This document shows, one piece after another, positions 40,087-49,025 of a stretch of DNA of 64,000 nt. Source of the DNA: a virus. A program made the translations under genes and the position numbers. Where the stretch lies: IMG/VR virus record IMGVR_UViG_3300022926_000006, positions 1 through 64,000 of that record; one strand, given 5' to 3'. Position 1 is the first letter of the stretch. Each line of letters opens with the position of its first letter. Below the pieces are notes generated by a model. That model saw only the letters and a list, made by a program, of their open reading frames with translations, was not told the DNA's origin and did not search any database.

Positions 40087-40279
40087 TTCGTTCTCTCCCC
40101 ATCAACTCTCTGAGTTTACTATTGTACTGTGCAATAATATGATGTTGTTCGTCTGTGTGAGGTTCTGGTGGATACTCAGGTTCAAATCTAATTAGATTAT
40201 CAAAACCGAGCGGAATATCTTCATACTTATTATATGTGTGTACTACTCCATTAATAAGAACGCAAAATATTCCTGTCAT
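40070..40279 (-). CDS. Conserved hypothetical protein
   Basis: DIP..FDNLI.F.P.YPP.PHT.EQH; adjacent to the PAAR gene. Confidence 0.7.
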   Translation of the reverse strand: MTGIFCVLINGVVHTYNKYEDIPLGFDNLIRFEPEYPPEPHTDEQHHIIAQYNSKLRELMGRERNASGN

Positions 40280-40432
40280 CTATCTACCTTGTCCTCTGTA
40301 TTTCTTAAAACTGCGCTTTTTATCTTTCTTCATAGAAGCAAATTTAACCATAGACATTCTACCACTTGTTGATGTTTTCTTTGGATTACTTTCGTGAACA
40401 TATGTTCCAATGCTTGTTTTTACTTTTGCCAT
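40280..40432 (-). CDS. Small basic protein (50 aa, ends KKYRGQGR), absent from the ORF track
   Basis: MAKVKTSIG...KKRSFKKYRGQGR; GGAG RBS upstream; fills the gap exactly. Confidence 0.8.
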   Translation of the reverse strand: MAKVKTSIGTYVHESNPKKTSTSGRMSMVKFASMKKDKKRSFKKYRGQGR

Positions 40433-40447
40433 TTTATCTCTCCAGTA

Positions 40448-41410
40448 TTAGTTCAAGTCAATTCTAGGTGCATCTGCATCAATGTTTGCACCAGCGTTTA
40501 AGTCCATTGTTTGACCACAGGTTTGTGTAATATTAGTTTTCGCTTCTACTTTAAAGTTTACGCATTTAATCTGTACATCTTTTTCAGACTGCATATCAAT
40601 ATTATCTTTTGCATATACAGTTGTCTTACCTTGTGTGAATATATTAACTGCACCTTTTGCTTCAATGTTAAAGTCTTCATCTACTAATACTTCAGCATTC
40701 TTATATGAATGTATCTGAATAGTTCCATCGGGATGCAATTCAATGAATGTATCTTTACGATGAAATAATAAAATTCTCTCATTATCAGGAGTATCATCAA
40801 ATTCTAAAGCATGTCCACTCTCAGTTTGATAAACTTTATTATATGGATATCGTGCATTGAAAGGAACCGCAGAAGGAGTCCATGTGTCAGTACTCCAAGC
40901 AATGTTCTTCTTTCCTATAGAAGGTTTACCGTTAGGTCCTTCTCCATCTACGCGATGCCCTTTATTAACACCATCATTTCTTGCTGTATAAAGTTTTGAC
41001 TTTTTATCACCTCTCGACAATCGAGAAGTATCCGCCTCATTAATTTCGGTAGGATTTGTTCCGCTTGGATCACAGAATCCCAAATCTGTATTGGGACGTT
41101 CTGTTGGGTGTCCATGAAAAGACCCCATAACAACTGGTTCTTGACATCCTTCACCATCTCTAAAGAACCCCACCACCCACGAACCTTTAAGTAGTCCTGA
41201 TGGGGAGTGACCAACCTGTGATATTGATGCGGATGTTGTTGGCATCATAACCATCGCCCATGGTAAATCTTCAATAGGAAGTGTTTCTTTATCTTCTGTG
41301 TGAATACCCAAGCAACGAACACGAACTCGCCCAATCTGCTCAGGATCATTATGGTCTTCAACTACACCCATGAACCAGATAAAACCGTCCATGCCCATGA
41401 AATTTTTCAT
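40448..41410 (-). CDS. gp5: Baseplate hub / central spike without lysozyme domain
   Basis: OB fold WF.GVVED..DP...GRVRVR..G.H, LPWA; YPYNKV..TESGH..EFDDTP..ERI; beta-helix tail. Confidence 0.92.
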   Translation of the reverse strand: MKNFMGMDGFIWFMGVVEDHNDPEQIGRVRVRCLGIHTEDKETLPIEDLPWAMVMMPTTSASISQVGHSPSGLLKGSWVVGFFRDGEGCQEPVVMGSFHGHPTERPNTDLGFCDPSGTNPTEINEADTSRLSRGDKKSKLYTARNDGVNKGHRVDGEGPNGKPSIGKKNIAWSTDTWTPSAVPFNARYPYNKVYQTESGHALEFDDTPDNERILLFHRKDTFIELHPDGTIQIHSYKNAEVLVDEDFNIEAKGAVNIFTQGKTTVYAKDNIDMQSEKDVQIKCVNFKVEAKTNITQTCGQTMDLNAGANIDADAPRIDLN

Positions 41411-41420
41411 AATCTACCTC

Positions 41421-42143
41421 TTAATTCTGTTTGAGAATAATGTCGAATGCCGCTGTTACTCTTGCGTTGTTAGAACGAACTGATGCACGAACATCAATGT
41501 CTGATTTCTCTGGTATTACAACTGGAACCGCAAACTCATATGAGTAAGGACCACCAACACCACCAACTTCAAATGTGTGTCCAATACGAAATGCATCTTG
41601 TCCAAAATAACGAACAAACATATTACCTGTCGCATCAGCATTTGCTTGACAAGTCATTGTTCCTTTAGTAAGATATGCAGTATATCCTGCGGGAACTGTG
41701 TAGACTGCCATCAGAGTTTGACCTTTAGTAGCAGTAATTCTTGCTACTACTGTTGTCGATACTTTAATATCGATGTTTCCTACATTGTCAGCACCAGTTG
41801 AAACGAATGCTCTAAAAACTCTTAAAAAAGTTGTTCCGCCAGTTGTAGTATTACCAGTTGCGTTTGTGAGTGTGCAAGTATCTGTAACTTCTTCGTAGTT
41901 CTCATCAAGTCCAAGAATAGTGATGACTTTATTCGCATCACTTGCACTTGCTCTATCTACTGTAACTGTTGATGCTGAAGACCATGCTGTCCAAGGATAT
42001 GCTGTGTCGCTCACATCCCATACAGAACCAGATGTGTTTACTGCCATTGAAGGAACAGCACCAAACTTGTGAATAGAACTTACACCTTTGTAGAGTCCTC
42101 TGGCGATGTTAATTTTTTCATCGTTAAATAAATAGTTTCCCAT
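41421..42143 (-). CDS. Hypothetical (probably virion) protein
   Basis: IHKFG, GLD.NY, F.RVFRA, QTLMAVYTVPAG, IPEKSDI; late promoter upstream. Confidence 0.6.
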   Translation of the reverse strand: MGNYLFNDEKINIARGLYKGVSSIHKFGAVPSMAVNTSGSVWDVSDTAYPWTAWSSASTVTVDRASASDANKVITILGLDENYEEVTDTCTLTNATGNTTTGGTTFLRVFRAFVSTGADNVGNIDIKVSTTVVARITATKGQTLMAVYTVPAGYTAYLTKGTMTCQANADATGNMFVRYFGQDAFRIGHTFEVGGVGGPYSYEFAVPVVIPEKSDIDVRASVRSNNARVTAAFDIILKQN

Positions 42144-42171
42144 AGGTGTAATTTTCTCCCTTTAGTCTTAT

Positions 42172-42567
42172 TTATACAGAAAGCGTTTGGTTACTTGTCG
42201 CAAAACCTTTTTTCCGCATAACAGTTTTTGCAACTAATTCGAACTCTTGTGAGTTTTTATCCCACTTGAGAACAAATGGCATATTAATATCTGTCTGCAT
42301 ATCTTTGATTACCGCTTCAGCATCAGGACCCAACTGTGGAATTTTTTTACCATGCTTGTTATAAGTCTGCTTAAAAAGTCTCGTAAGTTCTGCAGTAGTA
42401 ATCTGTTTCTTGTTACGTTCATCATTAACCCTATCTAAAAAATGTCGAGTGAACTCAACGTCAATTTTAACTTTTGCAAATAATCTATCTGCAAACTTTT
42501 CGATACCATCTAAATCTCTTTGTGATATCTCTTCTCGTAATTCTGAAAATTTACGCATTAAATCCAT
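42172..42567 (-). CDS. Hypothetical protein, possible internal head protein
   Basis: N-terminal MRKFSELRE resembles a capsid-targeting sequence; FTRHFLDRVND and AKTVMRK core. Confidence 0.55.
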   Translation of the reverse strand: MDLMRKFSELREEISQRDLDGIEKFADRLFAKVKIDVEFTRHFLDRVNDERNKKQITTAELTRLFKQTYNKHGKKIPQLGPDAEAVIKDMQTDINMPFVLKWDKNSQEFELVAKTVMRKKGFATSNQTLSV

Positions 42568-43966
42568 CCTTTATAATTACAGTATCGCACTTATATGATG
42601 CTGTTGAGTTACCAACAGGTTTAAAAATATGAATAGCATCTCTAACTAAATACATACCACTATACTTCGGTTGATAAACTTTACTTGGTGTATCAACTTT
42701 TTTTACTGATGGAAAATTAAAGTATGCTAATCTACCCACTGTTATAACTGGATGTCCAGGAACTTGAAAAGAACTAAGGACCTCATCTTGCAATTGTTTT
42801 GCAATAACAGTTCTTCCTAAAAGATAATCATTTGCAAATAAATCTCTGTATCCAACTTCATCTTTCTTTTCAGCATGTATTCTACTCGATTTAGGACTCA
42901 TATAAACTTTAACATCAGGATTAATCTCTGATCCCCAATCTACATATTTTGAATTAGGGGATAATCTTTTCATTTTTGATGCAAACTTCTTTGATGATTT
43001 ATCATATGAATTAAAATAGTTATATGTCTGAACTTGATAAGATTTATGAAAAGTATCATGTATGATGTGTTTGGATGATAAATTTCCGTTTTGAATATCG
43101 GAAAGATAATTAGACTTCTCATCAATTCTAAAGTCATCAACATTCTGTGCGCTTTCAGATGCAACCATTCCACTTAGAGGTTTACCATCTGCACCATATG
43201 TAGGAACACCAGGAACTTTATATAAATATCCATTCTTTATTGCGCCATTCTTTCTATCTACCGGAATTTCTTCCATCAAATCTGTTATAACCACATTTTT
43301 TGTATCGCTGAATAATGTTGATGTTGATAAAAATTTAAATCCATGCATAGATTGAAAGAAAAAGAATCCGGGCATGTCTGTATCAGGATCAATTGCTTTT
43401 CCAGTTACCCATTGAATTGCTTTTGCTGGTCTCCATCTTGGAGAAACAAATTTTAAAGACCCTATAGACATATCAAAAAATATACCCTCTTTTGTATCAC
43501 TAGAAAAGATGTAATTTTTAAATATATCGCGAACAATATCATGCGGCGCGCCAGTAAATGCTTGACTTATACTTGTATGAATGTTGTTATAACCTTCTTC
43601 GGTAATAAGACTTAAAGTAAAATATTGTTTTCTTTCTTGAATTATGGGTCCTTGAATATTAGCAACTCTAAACCACTTTGATATCTTTGTATCTTCAACT
43701 CCACCTGATACATTGTAAACGATATTGACAATTTCACCACCTAGAATTGGATAGTCAGCAATCATATCATTGCTGTCTGTGATACTTAGTTCTGCAGTCT
43801 GAAATGGAGACTTGATACTTTCATAGATATTGAGAGCAGTATATACTGAGAGTAAATCCATAAACTGGTCAGAACTCTTCGCAGTTTTGATGTTCTTAAC
43901 TCTATTGTGATATAGTTTCATGGAGGAAAATAGTACTTCTCCACCACCTTTTACAGGCGCCGCCAT
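42551..43966 (-). CDS. Baseplate hub protein (gp27-like)
   Basis: IYESI..PF....L.I.DS, P.W.P..AI.W, FFFFQ, YSG.YLV....H; position between gp5 and gp53. Confidence 0.7.
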   Translation of the reverse strand: MAAPVKGGGEVLFSSMKLYHNRVKNIKTAKSSDQFMDLLSVYTALNIYESIKSPFQTAELSITDSNDMIADYPILGGEIVNIVYNVSGGVEDTKISKWFRVANIQGPIIQERKQYFTLSLITEEGYNNIHTSISQAFTGAPHDIVRDIFKNYIFSSDTKEGIFFDMSIGSLKFVSPRWRPAKAIQWVTGKAIDPDTDMPGFFFFQSMHGFKFLSTSTLFSDTKNVVITDLMEEIPVDRKNGAIKNGYLYKVPGVPTYGADGKPLSGMVASESAQNVDDFRIDEKSNYLSDIQNGNLSSKHIIHDTFHKSYQVQTYNYFNSYDKSSKKFASKMKRLSPNSKYVDWGSEINPDVKVYMSPKSSRIHAEKKDEVGYRDLFANDYLLGRTVIAKQLQDEVLSSFQVPGHPVITVGRLAYFNFPSVKKVDTPSKVYQPKYSGMYLVRDAIHIFKPVGNSTASYKCDTVIIKDGFNA

Positions 43967-43967
43967 G

Positions 43968-44786
43968 CTAGTCTCCTATCAAATTAGTAAATTCTTCAAT
44001 GAATTCTTGTACAAGAGTAGGTCGCAGAATTCGTATTCTTCTTTTCTTTTCGTTCTCTTGTTGTTCATAAACTGTGTTAGTAATGGCAACTGAACTGAAT
44101 TGTTGTACAACTCCAATTCCTGTGGTTTGTGTGTAGAATTGACTAGTGGTTCTTACCATCTTTGTTGGGTCACCTGAAGACTGTGGTCTTTCATAATGAT
44201 GAATTCCATTAGGACCTGAATTAATAGTCCAGAGTTTATATGTATTACCATCATATGAAGATTGTGCATGACCTTGTCCATAGTTACCTGGCATATAAAA
44301 TGTCTGATTAGGAAACTCAGCAAACGTATGAGTGTGTGCAATGCCTTCTCCATTTTGTTTATATCTGTTATAACTTTTCGCATCCGCTTCGTTTAAAAAT
44401 ATAGGATACCAATAACCTTCACCAAGATGCATACCAGAAGTGCCTGTTCCATATAACGCATAAGGACCACTACCACCATACTTCTTAGCAATCATTTTTC
44501 GCAATTCATTTTCTGTGCGCGGCCAATCTTCTAACACATCATGTATCTCATTAGTCAATAAAATTATCCATGCAAGTTCGGAATCATTAAAGAATTGATG
44601 TGCTAATATATCTGGTCGCTCACCCTCTTGAATGTCATACTCATCATATGAGAAAACATTTGTCGATAAGTTTTCTTTAAGTTTTACTCTTCGAATAATA
44701 TCTTTTGCTATGAATAAATTATCAACCGTTGAATTTGGTTTTGTTAAATCATAAATTATTTCTGGATATTTTGAAAAATATGACAT
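43968..44786 (-). CDS. gp53: Baseplate wedge protein with internal insertion
   Basis: YF..YP, Y.I.EGERPD.LA, WIILL.N, NE.KR.I.IL.P. Confidence 0.9.
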   Translation of the reverse strand: MSYFSKYPEIIYDLTKPNSTVDNLFIAKDIIRRVKLKENLSTNVFSYDEYDIQEGERPDILAHQFFNDSELAWIILLTNEIHDVLEDWPRTENELRKMIAKKYGGSGPYALYGTGTSGMHLGEGYWYPIFLNEADAKSYNRYKQNGEGIAHTHTFAEFPNQTFYMPGNYGQGHAQSSYDGNTYKLWTINSGPNGIHHYERPQSSGDPTKMVRTTSQFYTQTTGIGVVQQFSSVAITNTVYEQQENEKKRRIRILRPTLVQEFIEEFTNLIGD

Positions 44787-45895
44787 TAATAACCCTCTGC
44801 AATTCTTTGTTTATGTAAAGGTTCAATTTCTTTGAACGCCATTGTAATTTGTATCTCAGTAGGTTGTCCATCGCGGTTTGTCGAAAAGACACCAGAAGAT
44901 GTATAGTTAGTTGTAAAGTCTGTCAGAACACAAGTAGATATCTTATGCATGTATGGGTTGTCATTTTCTTTGAACATAACACTAATATCGAATAAAGACG
45001 GATATTGAAAATATAATCCACTCTCAATTAATTCTGGATGCATGTGAAATCTAAATGTTTTAATAATATTATCAATTGCCTGCGCTTCTGCTTGAGACCT
45101 TGCCGCAAATTCATACACAAACTGAAATGTTCTAAAGTTCATGCTATCAAATCTTTGTTCAACGTGAGGATTTGAAACTCTTCTTGTAGATACTTCTAAT
45201 ATGTTTTGTAAGTTCATACCAAATGCATCAGGTAACTTAGCGGCAGTTTCTAATGCAAGTCTTGCGACTTCACCACCAACTTGTGTTAAATCTCCAGCAG
45301 ATGATGCTTGTGCTTTCTCTTTAATTCCACTGATACCACCTTCCATCAATCTTGCTATACCACCACCCATTGCGCCAATCTTAGCATCTGCCCATTGTGC
45401 GCTAGATGTAGAAACAAAAGTGTTAGGAACAGCAAGAGCAATAGAACTATTTAACTTCTTCATGTTTCTTGCGCCAGCAAACACTGCGCCTGTAAAATTA
45501 CTTGTGGATTCAACAACAGCACCAGCAACTTTTCCAGCGGTACCACCACCTAATAGTCCAACACCCTTATTCAAAGCACCCTTAATATCATTCCCTGTAT
45601 TTGTCAAACCATTTCTAATTTTCTGAGAAGCAATTGCAGTATGACCTTGAAATGCTCTAGGTTCACCTTCGGTTGTTTGTTTTTTCATTGCGAATGATGT
45701 GGTATCATCAATGTATATATCAAAGATAACGTGATTGTCCAACTCCGCAGGTGCGTCAATACCCATATCAATAGGATAAGTCAGTCCACGGGTTCCGTAA
45801 GTTCTACCTGTTTTGCGTGGTTCTTGTCTGCTAGACACTAAACCGTGTCCACCTACTATATCCCCCACTAGTTTTGAAAGTGTATTTAGTGCCAT
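44786..45895 (-). CDS. gp48: Baseplate tail tube cap
   Basis: NP..EQ.F....FRTFQF.YEF..RS..EA..I..II..F..HMHP, CVLT....NY, F.EIE. Confidence 0.88.
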   Translation of the reverse strand: MALNTLSKLVGDIVGGHGLVSSRQEPRKTGRTYGTRGLTYPIDMGIDAPAELDNHVIFDIYIDDTTSFAMKKQTTEGEPRAFQGHTAIASQKIRNGLTNTGNDIKGALNKGVGLLGGGTAGKVAGAVVESTSNFTGAVFAGARNMKKLNSSIALAVPNTFVSTSSAQWADAKIGAMGGGIARLMEGGISGIKEKAQASSAGDLTQVGGEVARLALETAAKLPDAFGMNLQNILEVSTRRVSNPHVEQRFDSMNFRTFQFVYEFAARSQAEAQAIDNIIKTFRFHMHPELIESGLYFQYPSLFDISVMFKENDNPYMHKISTCVLTDFTTNYTSSGVFSTNRDGQPTEIQITMAFKEIEPLHKQRIAEGY

Positions 45896-45905
45896 TGCGT
45901 CCCTC

Positions 45906-45934
45906 TATAAATAGTTATTGCAGTATTATTTATA
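45906..45934. promoter_or_regulatory. Pair of opposed late promoters driving gp4 (+) and gp48 (-)
   Basis: TATAAATA on + at 45906-45913 and on - at 45934-45927. Confidence 0.8.
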
Positions 45935-45946
45935 TGAGTTATACAG

Positions 45947-46381
45947 ATGGCATACAAAGGAAGATATTCTCCACTAAATCCTAAGAAATATCAAGGTAAT
46001 CCAACCAATATTATTTATCGTTCTCTTTGGGAAAGAAAATTTATGGTATGGTGTGATATGAACAGTGATGTTATAAAATGGGGAAGTGAAGAAACTGTTA
46101 TACCTTACATATCTCCTTTAGATAATAAAAGACACAGATACTTTGTTGACTTCTATATACAGGTTCGAACTAAAGAGGGCATACTCAAATCATATCTTGT
46201 AGAAGTTAAACCTAAAAAGTATACAAAACCACCAGAAAAATCCCCAACTAGAAAATCTAAATCGTGGTTCGGTGAAGTTAAGGCATGGGGTATAAACTCT
46301 GCAAAATGGAAAGCGGCATCTGAGTATGCTAAAGATAGACACTGGGAATTTATAATTCTTACAGAGGACCATTTAAAGTAG
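45947..46381 (+). CDS. gp4: Head completion nuclease
   Basis: NP.KY.G.P..I.YRS.WE..FM, W.SEE..IPY, RYFVDF, EVKP, N.AKW.AA. Confidence 0.95.
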   Translation: MAYKGRYSPLNPKKYQGNPTNIIYRSLWERKFMVWCDMNSDVIKWGSEETVIPYISPLDNKRHRYFVDFYIQVRTKEGILKSYLVEVKPKKYTKPPEKSPTRKSKSWFGEVKAWGINSAKWKAASEYAKDRHWEFIILTEDHLK

Positions 46382-46394
46382 CATAAATACTATT

Positions 46395-46985
46395 ATGGCA
46401 GAAGAAACTAGAATATTAGAACAAATTCGAAACGCACGTGGAGATGCATCGAAATCCTTTACATGGTATCAACAACAAGTTAGAGACTTGGTTGGTACTC
46501 AGTATCCTGGACCTAGATTTCAACGTGAATATGCAGAAAACATGACTAATCGCATGTTACCTGGAAGAATGTATTTAATCAACTATTCAAATCCAGCAGG
46601 TAGAGATACTTTACCATACTACGATATGTTTCCACTAATATTACCATTCAACATTGAGAGTAATTTAGTGACAGCATTGAATTTTCATTATTTACATCCA
46701 GTACAAAGATTAATTCTTTTAGAAAAACTAATGCCATTTAAAATTGGCGATACAGATATAGCAACGAGAATCCGAGCAAACTGGAATGTTCTAAGTAATT
46801 TTGCTAGATTTAGAGAAGTTAGACCGGCAGTTAAAAGATATAGAAGAGGATTAATTAAAGGGAGACTTCTTTTCATTCAACCAGATGATTGGGTAACTGC
46901 CGCAGTATTACCAACCGAACAATTTAAAAAGGCATCTAAGCAAAAGGTTTACTTAGACAGCAATAGAAAAATGAGGCAACGATAA
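46395..46985 (+). CDS. gp2: DNA end protector protein
   Basis: PGRMY...Y, LPYYD.FPL, LNFHYL, VKRY, LPTEQF. Confidence 0.92.
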   Translation: MAEETRILEQIRNARGDASKSFTWYQQQVRDLVGTQYPGPRFQREYAENMTNRMLPGRMYLINYSNPAGRDTLPYYDMFPLILPFNIESNLVTALNFHYLHPVQRLILLEKLMPFKIGDTDIATRIRANWNVLSNFARFREVRPAVKRYRRGLIKGRLLFIQPDDWVTAAVLPTEQFKKASKQKVYLDSNRKMRQR

Positions 46986-47776
46986 TGTCATTAACAGAAT
47001 TCATAGCGAATGCTAAAATTAGAAATTTCGCAAGAGCAAATAAATATCTTGTCATTATTGACATGCCCAGAGGACCATCAGCAAACAATTATGGTAGACC
47101 TGATCCATTTGGGTCTCTGTTTAGAACTGGAGGTAGAGGTGCAAACGATGCGTTTGGTGGTTTAATAAACAACTTTGTTAAGGCAGACGGTCAGTATCTA
47201 GCATCTTTGTTTTGTGAATCCACGGCACTACCAGGATTGAATATCGATAGTAAGATAAACAAGCAGTATGGTCCAGGGAGAGAAATTCCTTACGGTCGCA
47301 GTTATGCTCCTGTTAATATGTCTTTCTATATGGATGCTGGTTATCAGATTAAAGATTTCTTTGAAATTTGGCAAGGAATGATTTTTAATGAGGACTCATC
47401 TCATTTAAATTATTATAATGAATATGTGACGAATGTACACATTCTAGGATTAGATATGCGCGAAGGACGTTTTGGCACTTTTGGAGTTCTTCCTGATATA
47501 GGAACATTACAAAATAGTATCATCGTATCTAGATATCAGTGTACACTACAAGAATGTTACCCAAAAAGTGTAGCGGAAATTCAAATGTCCGCTGGTAGCG
47601 GTGAAGTACCTAGACTTCAAGTTCAGTTTCAATATAGAAAATGGACAAACACAAGCACACTGATGGGAGTTGGCAATGTAACATCAACAACACCGGAATC
47701 GGATATTGTTAAGTACAATCCTGCAACAGGAACACTAGCACCAGCACCAGCACCATCATATCCACCAGGACCATAA
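46985..47776 (+). CDS. gp54: Baseplate tail tube initiator (gp54-like)
   Basis: AR.NKY.V, CES..LPG, FFE.WQ, YY.EY, L.ECYP, VQFQYRKW. Confidence 0.75.
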   Translation: MSLTEFIANAKIRNFARANKYLVIIDMPRGPSANNYGRPDPFGSLFRTGGRGANDAFGGLINNFVKADGQYLASLFCESTALPGLNIDSKINKQYGPGREIPYGRSYAPVNMSFYMDAGYQIKDFFEIWQGMIFNEDSSHLNYYNEYVTNVHILGLDMREGRFGTFGVLPDIGTLQNSIIVSRYQCTLQECYPKSVAEIQMSAGSGEVPRLQVQFQYRKWTNTSTLMGVGNVTSTTPESDIVKYNPATGTLAPAPAPSYPPGP

Positions 47777-47802
47777 TAACCATATAATGAGGAGAAAATA
47801 AT

Positions 47803-48510
47803 ATGGCACTACCAATAATTGATACTCCAACCTATGATTTGAAATTAGTATCATCAGGCGAGACTATTAAATACAGACCATTTTTGGTCAAAGAGCAAAA
47901 GATTTTGTTAATGTCTGCAGAAGATGGAACACCAGATGCAGTTATGAATGGAATCACTCAAATCTTACAGAACTGTACGTTTGGTTCTGTTGATATATCT
48001 AAACTTCCTGTATTTGAAGTTGAAAACATTTTCTTACGTCTAAGAGAAAAGTCAGTAGGAGAGATTGCTGAATTTTCTGTGGCATGTACTAGTGATGAAT
48101 GTAAAGGAACTACCCAAACAAAAATTGACTTGAGACATTTAAAAATTGATGAAACAAAAATCAAGTCTAAGACTATTGAGTTAACATCTAGTTTATATGT
48201 TAATATGAGATATCCAACTCTAGTTGACTTAGGGGTTTTAAAAGACCTGAACAGTCTTGATGATAACTTCAAGTTTCTTGCAAGTTGTATTGAAAGTATT
48301 GAATATAACGGAGAACTCATTGACATGAGTACAACATCAAGAAGTGAGTTACAAGAGTTTATTGAAAATTTAACACAACAACAATTTGAACTCATTAAAG
48401 AATTCTTTGCAGATATGCCAAGAATGTCTGGAAAATTAGAGTATGAATGTTCTGCTTGTGGAACGCACTGTGAAAGAGAATTAAGTGGACTTCAAAATTT
48501 TTTAGCATAG
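47803..48510 (+). CDS. gp26: Baseplate hub assembly protein
   Basis: MALP.I.TPTY.L, YRPFLVKE.KILL, FL.LR.KSVGE, M.YP, FF..MP, C..CG, GLQNF. Confidence 0.93.
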   Translation: MALPIIDTPTYDLKLVSSGETIKYRPFLVKEQKILLMSAEDGTPDAVMNGITQILQNCTFGSVDISKLPVFEVENIFLRLREKSVGEIAEFSVACTSDECKGTTQTKIDLRHLKIDETKIKSKTIELTSSLYVNMRYPTLVDLGVLKDLNSLDDNFKFLASCIESIEYNGELIDMSTTSRSELQEFIENLTQQQFELIKEFFADMPRMSGKLEYECSACGTHCERELSGLQNFLA

Positions 48511-48560
48511 TCCTCTCGCATGAAGATTTGTTTGGTTTATTAAAAACTAACTTTGCTCTT

Positions 48561-48680
48561 ATGCAACATCATAAATACTCTTTAACAGAGTTAGAAAATA
48601 TGATGCCATGGGAGAGGGAAATTTACGTCACTCTTCTAATGCAATACATTGAAGAGGAAAAAGAACGACAAAAGGGATAA
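48561..48680 (+). CDS. gp51: gp51-like hub assembly protein (probably made as a -1 frameshift extension of gp26)
   Basis: Frame reads SHEDLFGLLKTNFALMQHHKYSLTELENMMPWEREIYVTLL; the conserved-looking part begins upstream of the first ATG; absent from the ORF track. Confidence 0.85.
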   Translation: MQHHKYSLTELENMMPWEREIYVTLLMQYIEEEKERQKG

Positions 48681-48683
48681 AAA

Positions 48684-49013
48684 ATGGGAGAAGATATTAA
48701 AGAAGCAGGTTTCCATCCAGCAGACACCAATGGTGATGGGGTAGTAACCACAGATGAGCAAAAAATGTATCTTGAGTTCAAACGTAAAGAACTTGAAGAT
48801 GCGGATGCGAGAAGAGATGCAATGAGATATATGACATGGTTCGCTTTGTTGGGTATATTCAACTATCCAGGGGCGATTTTGATTACAGCAATGTTAGGTT
48901 ATGATACAGCGGCGAATATTATCGGAGATATTGCTCCGACTTACTTCGTTGCCACTTCAGCAATTGTTGCCGCTTACTTTGGCGCGAATGCTTACGCAGA
49001 CAAGAAGAAATAG
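48684..49013 (+). CDS. Small membrane protein (EF-hand-like DTNGDG plus two TM helices), holin-like
   Basis: DTNGDGVVTTDE loop, two hydrophobic segments, basic C-terminus. Confidence 0.55.
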   Translation: MGEDIKEAGFHPADTNGDGVVTTDEQKMYLEFKRKELEDADARRDAMRYMTWFALLGIFNYPGAILITAMLGYDTAANIIGDIAPTYFVATSAIVAAYFGANAYADKKK

Positions 49014-49025
49014 GGAAACACTTAA

